A stretch of 61,348 bases of DNA, counting the filler, from Theionarchaea archaeon (GTDB lineage: Archaea > Methanobacteriota_B > Thermococci > Methanofastidiosales > SZ-28-30): NCBI GenBank assembly GCA_018992565.1. It is 3 parts of 3 records of this genome, joined end to end, with 100 filler letters (N's around TTAATTAATTAA, not from the genome) between each part and the next. Parts side by side here need not be neighbours in the genome. Positions count along the whole stretch, not along the records: positions 41,295 to 61,348 come from JACVGW010000052.1; 2 more parts are not named here. One strand, written 5' to 3'. A model generated the notes under the pieces. It was not told the DNA's origin and made no database searches. It saw only the letters and a list, made by a program, of their open reading frames with translations. Positions 52,901 to 61,298 of the stretch are shown here, piece by piece. The position numbers and the translations under genes were made by a program. Position 1 is the first letter of the stretch. Each line of letters starts with the position of its first letter.

Positions 52901-53623
52901 AAATAACGCCACTGGATGTTCTGAAAAGAAGGCGAGCAACTATAGAAGAAAAGCGAGAAAAAGTGGGCAAGGTTGCTGAAACCAGAGATGTGCATGAACT
53001 CCTGGGGAAAGAAGAAAGAGAAGCCAAGATGGCCCCCGAGGAATTCGAGTTTGGTAGAGGAGCTGAAGAATTCGAGTTTGGTAGAGGAGCTGAAGANNNN
53101 NNNNNNNNNNNNNNNNNNNNNNNNNNNNNNNNNNNNNNNNNNNNNNNNNNNNNNNNNNNNNNNNNNNNNNNNNNNNNNNNNNNNNNNNNNNNNNNNACTC
53201 CTGGGGAAAGAAGAAAGAGAAGCCAAGATGGCCCCCGAGGAATTCGAGTTTGGTAGAGGAGCTGAAGAATTCGAGTTTGGTAGAGGAGCTGAAGAGTCAA
53301 AGGGCAAGACACAGCTTGTGGATGAACTGGGTCTCGAAGACCTGTTCGTTGAAGAACAGTCAGGAACCCCCGAAACCCGTCCATCAGAATTTACTGATGT
53401 CCGTGACATTCTCAGAATGCCAAAAGAAAGAGAAGAGCCCAGCCCAAAAGAGGAACCTTCAAACTGGAAATCAGAAGAACCAAGCCATGAGTTCCTTGAC
53501 ATTCATGAGATCATAAAGGGACCTAAAAAGGAAAAAGAAGAGAAAAAGCCGGCCACAGTGAACCATGAGGAAGAAGATGATGAGGATTTTGATCCCCGAG
53601 ATATACTGAAGAAGACAGATTGA
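46945..53623 (+). CDS. Giant single-pass cell-surface protein (DxNGNG repeats, DUF11/BatD-like Ig repeats, TM helix, acidic cytoplasmic tail); about 2160 aa once the gap duplication is removed
   Basis: Signal peptide; DxNGNG..DxGE repeats; many V.N.G...V.D.IP.G repeats; TM segment IAMILWIVLILFISMVVAFLLI. The frame resumes after the gap and runs to the stop at 53623. Confidence 0.85.
52998..53295 (+). repeat. 99-bp duplication flanking the N gap, containing 27-bp EEFEFGRGA tandem units
   Basis: 52998-53096 is identical to 53197-53295. Confidence 0.9.
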
Positions 53624-53785
53624 TGCATATCATGTGGCAGCTTTCGAAAGAAGTCCCTGTGTTTGACCAATTTGGTTCTTGCGATAGTAAATCTTGAAGG
53701 CTTCTGGCCAAGTTCTGCGAAGTGCACCAGGATGTATCAAAGCGAAAAAGGAAACCTTTTTATTGCCCTACTGCAGGTTCACTAT

Positions 53786-54532
53786 ATGCAGTATTTCAAG
53801 ACTGGAATCAAGGGGTTTGATATCATCATGGACAAAGGTCTTCCTGATAGGACCACTATTATTCTTCACGGACCCCCTGGTACTGGAATCCGTGTTTTCG
53901 GTCAGCAGTTCGTCTATTCTGGACTTCAACTGGGAGCCCATTGTATCTATTTCACTTCAGAAAGATCAAGCGGAGAGATAATAGACGATATGAAGTTCTA
54001 TGAATGGGATGTTGAAAAGTACGTTGAAAAGAAGCAGCTCACCTTCATTGATGCTTATACTACGAGATATGAAAAGAGCTATTCTCAGGATCTAGATATC
54101 TTCAAAGAGCTGGTGTGGGATGTGGGTGCGTCCAATCAGTTGCGCCTGGCGTTGGGTAAACACCTGGAACAAATGGCTGGTCAGAAAGGAACTGAAGTAC
54201 GCTGCATGATTGATTCTCTGTCATCACTATTTCGTACGGAAAACCCTGAGGACGTCATCGATCTTTTTGAGATTATTCAAATGGATGCTAAAAAATACGG
54301 AGGAATATACTTATTCATACTGGATAAGGGAGTCCATGATGAACGACTGGTAAACACCTTGCTGTATCTGGCAGATGGGATCTTTGACTTCAGTACTAGA
54401 GAACGAGGCTCAGAACTTGAACATGTGATGCGAGTCCAGAAACTGAAAAACATGATCTTCTCCACTAAATTGATTCCCTACATTATCAGCAAGGAAGGAG
54501 TTGTAGTGGAGACCACAGAGCGGATCATCTAG
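53786..54532 (+). CDS. KaiC/RAD55-like RecA-fold protein with degenerate Walker A
   Basis: KTGIKGFD, GPPGTGIR (no Lys), FIDAY, IDSLS, YLADGIF, RVQK. Confidence 0.85.
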   Translation: MQYFKTGIKGFDIIMDKGLPDRTTIILHGPPGTGIRVFGQQFVYSGLQLGAHCIYFTSERSSGEIIDDMKFYEWDVEKYVEKKQLTFIDAYTTRYEKSYSQDLDIFKELVWDVGASNQLRLALGKHLEQMAGQKGTEVRCMIDSLSSLFRTENPEDVIDLFEIIQMDAKKYGGIYLFILDKGVHDERLVNTLLYLADGIFDFSTRERGSELEHVMRVQKLKNMIFSTKLIPYIISKEGVVVETTERII

Positions 54533-54565
54533 CCTCTTATTGAAAAGGCCAGTGGAGATCAGTTG

Positions 54566-55639
54566 ATGCCGATGAATGTCATTATTGTTGGAGGTGGGGT
54601 TGCTGGATGCTATGTCGGACAACTACTCAGGAAAAAAGGATTTACACCTCTCGTGCTGGAAGAACATTCTGAAATTGGCAGGCCAGTGCAGTGTTCTGGA
54701 TTGATAGGGAGGGAAACAGTCGACAGTGCAAAAGTTCCTTTTCCACGTCATGTCATTTTGAGACGCATTGACGGGGCTACCTTCTATCTAGGTGAGAATC
54801 ACTTCACCATTGAGCGAGATAATGCAGCGTATGTTGTGGATAGGGGCCTCCTTGATAAGCACTTTTCTCAAGGATTATGCATAAATTGCGGCGAAAAAGT
54901 GATTTCACTCGAAAATGGAACTCAAATCACTGTGACGACCACAAAAGACCAGTATACCTGTGATAGGCTCTTGGGGTGTGATGGCCCGTTTTCTGTGGTC
55001 CGAAAGGAGGCAGGGTTCTCTCTGAATCCTTCGTTCTATCCTGCAGCTCAGTACATAGTCAGACTGGCTCCTGAGGATGATTTCGTACATCTTCATGTTC
55101 ACCCTCCCTTCTTCTTCTGGCTCATACCTGAGACAGAAGAGACAATGCGCGTAGGATACATCGGTCCCCAGCCTGTCAGTCACCTTAATAGGTTCATGGA
55201 GCGCAAGGAAATCAGGGGGAAGATACTGGAGAGGCAGGCAGGACTCATTCCACTGGGGTATGGTGAAATAGTACGGAAGAGAATCGCTCTCATTGGTGAT
55301 TCAGCCTGCCAAGTAAAGCCCCTGACAGGAGGCGGAATATATTACAGTATGAAGGCTTCAGAAATGGCTGCCCAGTGCCTTGAGGATCTCAGAGACTACG
55401 AGAAAGCATGGAAAAAGAATTTCGGTACCGAAATTAAGATTTGTTTAAGAATTAGAAAAATCTATGAAACTATGAGTAGGAAAAATCTCACAAGGGTCTT
55501 CAATGTTTTTAGAGAAAATACTTCAATCATTGAAACTGTAGCAGATTTCGAGAGGCATTCATCAATCATCAAGGAGTTTGCCACAAACCCCATCATGTTC
55601 AGGCTCGTAGGATCTGCAGTCCGGGAACTGCTACGGTAG
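54566..55639 (+). CDS. Geranylgeranyl reductase family flavoprotein
   Basis: IVGGGVAG, GRPVQCSG, GCDG, WLIP, GDSACQVKPLTGGGI. Confidence 0.88.
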   Translation: MPMNVIIVGGGVAGCYVGQLLRKKGFTPLVLEEHSEIGRPVQCSGLIGRETVDSAKVPFPRHVILRRIDGATFYLGENHFTIERDNAAYVVDRGLLDKHFSQGLCINCGEKVISLENGTQITVTTTKDQYTCDRLLGCDGPFSVVRKEAGFSLNPSFYPAAQYIVRLAPEDDFVHLHVHPPFFFWLIPETEETMRVGYIGPQPVSHLNRFMERKEIRGKILERQAGLIPLGYGEIVRKRIALIGDSACQVKPLTGGGIYYSMKASEMAAQCLEDLRDYEKAWKKNFGTEIKICLRIRKIYETMSRKNLTRVFNVFRENTSIIETVADFERHSSIIKEFATNPIMFRLVGSAVRELLR

Positions 55640-55834
55640 CCAGTCATCCAATAATACAGTATGCGGTGGATAACCTTGACTCTCTGTCGGCGATGCATAC
55701 ATCAGGTGTGCTCAGGTATTGCACTATCCGACTCTTACCCCCTGCATTTGTACCGCCGTTACAAAGCCTCATCTCTGATGGTCAGGGATGAAGCATGGGA
55801 AAAAGCTTTTATACAGCAGAAACCAAAAGACGTC

Positions 55835-56266
55835 ATGCGGAAGTTTTCGGATGAAGAGCTTTTGGAGTTTCATCGGAAAGGGCTGACAGACAGGGAGATC
55901 AGCGAGAAACTGGGTGTGACTCAGGCGGCTGTCAACTATCGCCGTGAAAAATTGGGCCTGGAAAACAACTACAAGCCCATCACGTTTTCAGACCAGCAGC
56001 TGCTCACCCTGTACAATCAAGGCTTGAATGATAGGGAAATCAGTGAAACTCTGGGCGTAACACAGGCTGCTGTAAATTACAGAAGAGGGAGACTAGGACT
56101 GGCGTCCAATTATATACCCGAAAGGATTTTCCTGACTTTGTATGAGAAAGGGCTGTCCAGCGAAGAAATCGCTCATGAGCTGGATGCTCCACTTCCAGCA
56201 ATTCTGCATAGGATGAAGAAACTCGAGATCGTTTCAGAACATGGGGTAGCTGAGGCTGAGGTCTGA
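55835..56266 (+). CDS. Protein with three tandem HTH repeats
   Basis: GLTDREISEKLGVTQAAVNYRR, GLNDREISETLGVTQAAVNYRR, GLSSEEIAHEL; TTTTATA box upstream. Confidence 0.85.
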   Translation: MRKFSDEELLEFHRKGLTDREISEKLGVTQAAVNYRREKLGLENNYKPITFSDQQLLTLYNQGLNDREISETLGVTQAAVNYRRGRLGLASNYIPERIFLTLYEKGLSSEEIAHELDAPLPAILHRMKKLEIVSEHGVAEAEV

Positions 56267-56339
56267 TTCCAGAACCTATCTGTTCACCATCCACGTATTC
56301 TTAGCTGCAACTTGTATTCTTCAAAATCATTAAACATTG

Positions 56340-56369
56340 ACCGAAAGACTTATATAGGATTATTGTTAA
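56340..56369 (+). promoter_or_regulatory. BRE/TATA of the RHH gene with an inverted CAATAAT box
   Basis: ACCGAAAGACTTATATAGG followed by ATTATTGTTAA, whose reverse complement TTAACAATAAT matches TTAGCAATAAT at 10/11. Confidence 0.6.
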
Positions 56370-56399
56370 AGGTGTCAAAACAAGTAAAGGTGGAAACCT

Positions 56400-56570
56400 A
56401 TGAAAAATATCACTTTCAAGAACATACCAGACAATCTCTACTTCAAGGTAGTTGAATGGAAGGGAAAGTTGCGCTGTGCCACATGGCAGGACTTCCTTGA
56501 GAAGGTCATTTTCGTTCTGGAAGAATCCGAAAGTACCACGGTGGTAGAACAGGCATCAGAAAGAGCATGA
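56400..56570 (+). CDS. 56-aa ribbon-helix-helix protein
   Basis: MKNITFKNIPDNLYFKVVEWKGKLRCATWQDFLEKVIFVLEESESTTVVEQASERA; beta strand-IPD-helix-helix pattern; own promoter and AGGTGG RBS. Not in the ORF track. Confidence 0.78.
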   Translation: MKNITFKNIPDNLYFKVVEWKGKLRCATWQDFLEKVIFVLEESESTTVVEQASERA

Positions 56571-56726
56571 CATGCTGGGAGGCACTGCCTGTCACCTTCA
56601 TAACGTTGCGACGACTTCTCACGTGAGCATGAAGCTTTCTTACGAATCCGATCGTAATTTTGGATTTGACCAGCAAATGTCCCTTTATCTTCACAAAGGA
56701 AACCCCACATGAAGATTTTGATTAAA

Positions 56727-56834
56727 GTAACTACTTTGATAGTAGTAAACAGAAAAACAATGAAAAAGAAATCTTTCTTTTTATCCTCAATAATGACCTT
56801 ATATGGCTTCCTTAAACGAAAAGTATATAAAGGG
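56727..56834 (+). promoter_or_regulatory. Operator plus promoter module of the 1379-aa surface protein
   Basis: ACTAC-TTTG-ATAGT (56730), GACCTTATAT (56795), CGAAAAGTATATAAAGGG (56817); collinear with 61191-61298. Confidence 0.75.
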
Positions 56835-56941
56835 ATAGATGTATAAGAATTAAAACCTTCAATTAGACGAATGTTCCAAAAGATGGCATGAGAAAAGTTC
56901 TCTGACCATCTGGGATCAAGTCTGACAAAGGAGGAAAGGAT

Positions 56942-59900
56942 ATGGCAACCACAAAAAGAAAAGTCAACGGTCTTCTCATATGCGTGCTTCTAGCAGGAAG
57001 CATGATCATACTGAACTCGAGAGAAGTAGCAGCTCAGAGTATTGGAGGTACTGTATACGAAGACTCCAATATGAATGGTGTCTTTGATGCAGGTGAGAGT
57101 CCCCTTACGGGTGGAACAGTTTTTCTCGATCATCCTGCTGGAACCTCCGTCCCCATTGGCGGAGGTGGTGTCTACAATCTAGCCACTTCTATGGGATACC
57201 ATTGGGTAACAGTACGCATCCCGGGTTACAAGCAAGTAACTAAGAATGTCAATGTGACAGGTGCCATGACGGTGAACTTTGGAATGGTGCCTTTTGAGTC
57301 CGTAACAGGAAGAGCAGTGAAGACAGATGGCACTGGTGTCGTAGGTATGCACGTAGAAGTCTATGATCAGACATTCACCTTTGTGATGGAAGCATACACT
57401 GATGCTTTTGGGAATTACTGCATCCATGGGTTGCCTCCAGGCATCTACAACTTGCGCATTCAAAAGGCGGAATACTTCGACCAGTGGAAATATAATATCA
57501 GAGTGGATGGAATCACCGTCAGTGGTACGCAGTACAACTGGCACACTACATCCAACATCGATTTCACCAACCTGAGTTACGACCACGGAATGGTCTTCGG
57601 AACTGTGAACAGCGGAGGAAATCCTTTGCCTGGAGCAGTGGTGGAAGTTCCTGGCCTTGGGTTGAGTACTACCACAGATGCTTTCGGGAACTACAATATC
57701 CACAACATTCCCGCGGGCTGGTTCTACATTGTGGCAAAGAAGACGGGGTACCAGACTGGCGTTGAACTGGTCTGCGTCACTAATGGGACTACTGGTCCCA
57801 CAGGGCCCACTGGCTTTAATCTTGTTACAGCCACTGGATTGCCCATCATTGAAGGATCAGCTACCGATGGGCAGCAGGCTATTGAGAATGCACTGGTGGA
57901 AATACCCGGTCTCGGATGGTCATATGGAACTGGACTGGAGATCTACACGGATAAGGCGGGGTTCTACATCTTCGCTGATTATGCTGCCAGTAATTCATAC
58001 ACTACCCATCCTCTAACAGCAGGGAAATTCAACATTGTGGTTCGCAATGAAGCAGGAAGCGTTACTGATGAAAGCGATAATCACCACAAGACCAATGCTC
58101 GCATTGTTGTAGCCCAGATGGGGCGAGTAACGGTAGCTGATTTCAGGCTGGAAGAGAACTATGGCATCAAATTCGGGCGCGTGATCAACACAGATGGAAT
58201 TGGTGTTGAAGGAGCTACTGTTTATGTCCCCTACTCTCCGTACAAGACGGTGACAGATAGTAATGGGGTCTTCGCCATGAAGCTGCCTTCTGAAACCTAC
58301 TCTGAGAACTGTGACTCAGTAATACTGCCCTACCAGACCAACAGAGGATTCGACGAAATGACCTACTGTGGTATGACAGATACCTTCCAGACAAGCTGTA
58401 CTGGGACTCCTCCAGACTGCCATCGAATGCATAAGGCCCGTTACCTCATCAAAGCTGAAAAGGCATCGTATGTCGTAACGCTGGAATATTATATACCCGT
58501 TCCTGGAGGACCAGGACTTGCCAATCCTCCTGATCCTTGTGAGTTGTGTGAAAACGGCATCATTCTCAACCATAGGGCAGGAATTCTCAAAGGACAGGTA
58601 TATGATGCGGGTGGAATGCCTGTTACCAATGGATTTGTATTTGTTGCAGGACGTGATGTGCCCCTGCTAGCTAACGGGTACTTCGAGGCCCATGATATAC
58701 CGCCGGGAATCTACACTGCGGCAGTGATTGATCCTACCAGGACAATTCTCGGCACAGAGACAGGGATTTATGTCTATCCCGACCAGATTACCTATCAGAT
58801 TATCAACCTCAGTGCTACCCCCACTACGCACTTCATATCAGGATTCATCTACAGCAACAAGGTGATACCTGATGGTGCTGGAAACATGATTCCTGACACC
58901 AATGGATACTCAGCAGGTGCATCTTTCGATCCGGGAGAAGGAATTTACGGAGTAAAAGTGGAGACTACTGCAAATTCCAGTTACTATGCAGTGACCGACA
59001 GCCATGGATTCTACTGTATCACAGGAATTGATACAACAATAACAGCCACCACGATCGTAGCTGTAAAGACTGGATATATTACTATTGCCAATCCCTCAGT
59101 GACTCCCACTTCTGTCCTTGTACTCTTTCCTGGATTTGCTGGAACTTCCGGGGCCACTGTATCTCCTATGAGCAAATTCAGAGGCACTCTATCAGGCAGG
59201 GTGACCAATGAATCTGGAAGAGACGTATCCGGCGCCATAGTCAGCATCTGGGAACCTGCAGAGATCATGGATGAAACCGACACAAATGGATTCTACATCT
59301 TTGATGATGTGGAATATGGCTCGTACCTGGTCAAGGTGTGCGGCGGAGGAACATGCGGTATTGACTATCAGGTAGCTTTCAGCCAGGGTTCCTACGCGCC
59401 TGTGACTGTCAATGGAAATGTGACCAAAGACATTACCATGGAGAAAATGAGAGGCAGAGTGGAGGGAATAGTGGATGACGGTGCCAATCCCCTGGTGGAT
59501 GTTGCCGTAAGAGTATCTGGAATGTATGCTGCCTCCACAGACAGTGCAGGGTACTACACTGTATTGAATGTTCCTTCAGGTACACACACAGCCTATGCCT
59601 ATGCCTATGGATACATCCTGCAGAAGCACAACAATACAGACCAGAGCATCGGTATCGTCGGAGGACAGATAGCTACAGCAAACTTCTCATTGGCTGCTGG
59701 AATTATGAGCACTGGATGGGCAGATGGGTACATAACCCTTGAGCTCACTGATGGATTCTGCAATATCGTGGCCAGACTTAACCCATCCTATGATTTCTCC
59801 ACTACAGACAGTGAGGGATACTATCTCATTACCAACATTAACAGTGGTACCCAGTATTACGTACATGGTGAACGTGCCAACTATGAAGTCTCAGCGGCAG

Positions 59901-61081
59901 GTCCCTTCGCAGTGAGCGCGGGGACGGGAACACGTGTAAGTGTCATTCATCTCAGACGGTGCACAGGTACCATCGATGGATACCTCACAGATTCCCAGAG
60001 TGGAGCGCCTATAGTAGGAGCCACAGTCAAGCTTTCTGACATGAACAGGAACAATGAGGTTTCCCTGTGGTCCCCCGGTGTCAATTACTACACTGACTAC
60101 AACAGAACCCAGATATACCAGACTACAACCGACTCTCTTGGGTACTATCAATTCACCTATGTCCCATGGAACGACGCGAATACCTCCGGATTGAACAAGA
60201 CATGGGCATGGAGCGTGGTAGTCATCAAGACGGGATATGCCGTGGGCACCAGCAATGCCGCAGTTGTATGTGGATCCACGAGTACCGTGAGCTTTACAGT
60301 TGATCCATTGTGTGGAGTTTCGGGCACAGTGGCCTTTGATATCTTGTGTGCCGCCACAGCTACGGTGACTGCTACTCAAATTGCTGGTGGAGAAGAAGGA
60401 CTCACTGAGTTTGGCTGGTCCACCAATGGTGTAGCCACAGTAACCACCAATGGAGGTACGTACTACATCGGCCATCTGCATCCTGGAGCCTTCGATGTGA
60501 CAGCAGCCGCAGGTAGCTGTTCCATGAGCAGTCCGTCTACACCTTACACGGGAGCCAACGCGGTGCCTCTGAACTACAGGAAGACGACACCTAATATTGA
60601 CTTCGGATTTGGTCTTATTAGTTCATCAAGTCCGGTGTCTGGATCATCTGGATCTGGTGCAGGAACTGGCTCTAGTTCGGATTCCAGCGGTAGCTCAGGT
60701 TCTGAATCTGGTGATCAAGGATCTGAAGGTGAAGGAAGCCAAGACAGTGGATCAGGGAGCTCTGGTAGTGGAACCACCACGACTCCTTCGCAGGGTCAAT
60801 CTCAGACTCAAGAGACTGAAAGAGGAACCTACTATAACAGACTGCTCAAAGAGGTTGCAGGAAATGTCATCATACAGGCAAGAGCTCTAAGAAACAAAGT
60901 CTACGAAATGCTGGAACCTGTAGATACCATCCCAGAGAACATAAAACAGATGCTAATACTGGCAGATTCCAACCTAGAGAATGCAGAGACGGCCCTTACC
61001 CAGGAGAACTACATAGACGTCCTCAAATTCGCACAAATAGCCATCAATTACTACGAGAAGATCCTTCAAGAACTCACTTAA
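56942..61081 (+). CDS. Secreted surface protein with about 12 carboxypeptidase-regulatory-like (prealbumin-fold) repeats, Ser/Gly linker and helical C-terminal domain
   Basis: Signal peptide; recurring G.V.D..G..V.GA.V...TD..G.Y.I; SG-rich linker at ~60620-60810; no C-terminal TM segment. Confidence 0.88.
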   Translation: MATTKRKVNGLLICVLLAGSMIILNSREVAAQSIGGTVYEDSNMNGVFDAGESPLTGGTVFLDHPAGTSVPIGGGGVYNLATSMGYHWVTVRIPGYKQVTKNVNVTGAMTVNFGMVPFESVTGRAVKTDGTGVVGMHVEVYDQTFTFVMEAYTDAFGNYCIHGLPPGIYNLRIQKAEYFDQWKYNIRVDGITVSGTQYNWHTTSNIDFTNLSYDHGMVFGTVNSGGNPLPGAVVEVPGLGLSTTTDAFGNYNIHNIPAGWFYIVAKKTGYQTGVELVCVTNGTTGPTGPTGFNLVTATGLPIIEGSATDGQQAIENALVEIPGLGWSYGTGLEIYTDKAGFYIFADYAASNSYTTHPLTAGKFNIVVRNEAGSVTDESDNHHKTNARIVVAQMGRVTVADFRLEENYGIKFGRVINTDGIGVEGATVYVPYSPYKTVTDSNGVFAMKLPSETYSENCDSVILPYQTNRGFDEMTYCGMTDTFQTSCTGTPPDCHRMHKARYLIKAEKASYVVTLEYYIPVPGGPGLANPPDPCELCENGIILNHRAGILKGQVYDAGGMPVTNGFVFVAGRDVPLLANGYFEAHDIPPGIYTAAVIDPTRTILGTETGIYVYPDQITYQIINLSATPTTHFISGFIYSNKVIPDGAGNMIPDTNGYSAGASFDPGEGIYGVKVETTANSSYYAVTDSHGFYCITGIDTTITATTIVAVKTGYITIANPSVTPTSVLVLFPGFAGTSGATVSPMSKFRGTLSGRVTNESGRDVSGAIVSIWEPAEIMDETDTNGFYIFDDVEYGSYLVKVCGGGTCGIDYQVAFSQGSYAPVTVNGNVTKDITMEKMRGRVEGIVDDGANPLVDVAVRVSGMYAASTDSAGYYTVLNVPSGTHTAYAYAYGYILQKHNNTDQSIGIVGGQIATANFSLAAGIMSTGWADGYITLELTDGFCNIVARLNPSYDFSTTDSEGYYLITNINSGTQYYVHGERANYEVSAAGPFAVSAGTGTRVSVIHLRRCTGTIDGYLTDSQSGAPIVGATVKLSDMNRNNEVSLWSPGVNYYTDYNRTQIYQTTTDSLGYYQFTYVPWNDANTSGLNKTWAWSVVVIKTGYAVGTSNAAVVCGSTSTVSFTVDPLCGVSGTVAFDILCAATATVTATQIAGGEEGLTEFGWSTNGVATVTTNGGTYYIGHLHPGAFDVTAAAGSCSMSSPSTPYTGANAVPLNYRKTTPNIDFGFGLISSSSPVSGSSGSGAGTGSSSDSSGSSGSESGDQGSEGEGSQDSGSGSSGSGTTTTPSQGQSQTQETERGTYYNRLLKEVAGNVIIQARALRNKVYEMLEPVDTIPENIKQMLILADSNLENAETALTQENYIDVLKFAQIAINYYEKILQELT

Positions 61082-61101
61082 CTTCTTCTTTTTTCCTTTT
61101 T
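61082..61101 (+). terminator. Oligo(T) terminator tract
   Basis: CTTCTTCTTTTTTCCTTTTT directly after the stop codon. Confidence 0.55.
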
Positions 61102-61103
61102 GA

Positions 61104-61298
61104 ACTACTATCGTAATAGTAATTTTAACATGCTCCCTGCACAGAATAGCAATTTATCTTACTACTCAAATAGTACCTTTTTGAGAAAAAGCAACTATCA
61201 TAATAGTAGTATTACAGAAATAGACCCTAGAAGAATATTTATTCATATCCAAAATAAAGACCTTATATAGGATGAATGACCGAAAAGTATTTAAAGGG
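61104..61298 (+). promoter_or_regulatory. Three ACTAY-N4-ATAGT operators and promoter for a gene beyond the window
   Basis: Cores at 61107, 61161 and 61194; GACCTTATAT at 61259; CGAAAAGTATTTAAAGGG at 61281. Confidence 0.75.

Noticed and set aside
52998..53295. Apparent frameshift and 99-bp duplication in the giant surface protein gene
   Set aside because: Identical 99-bp flanks around a 100-N gap are typical of overlapping contig ends at a collapsed repeat. This is not evidence of phase variation, although the true copy number of the 27-bp unit is unknown.
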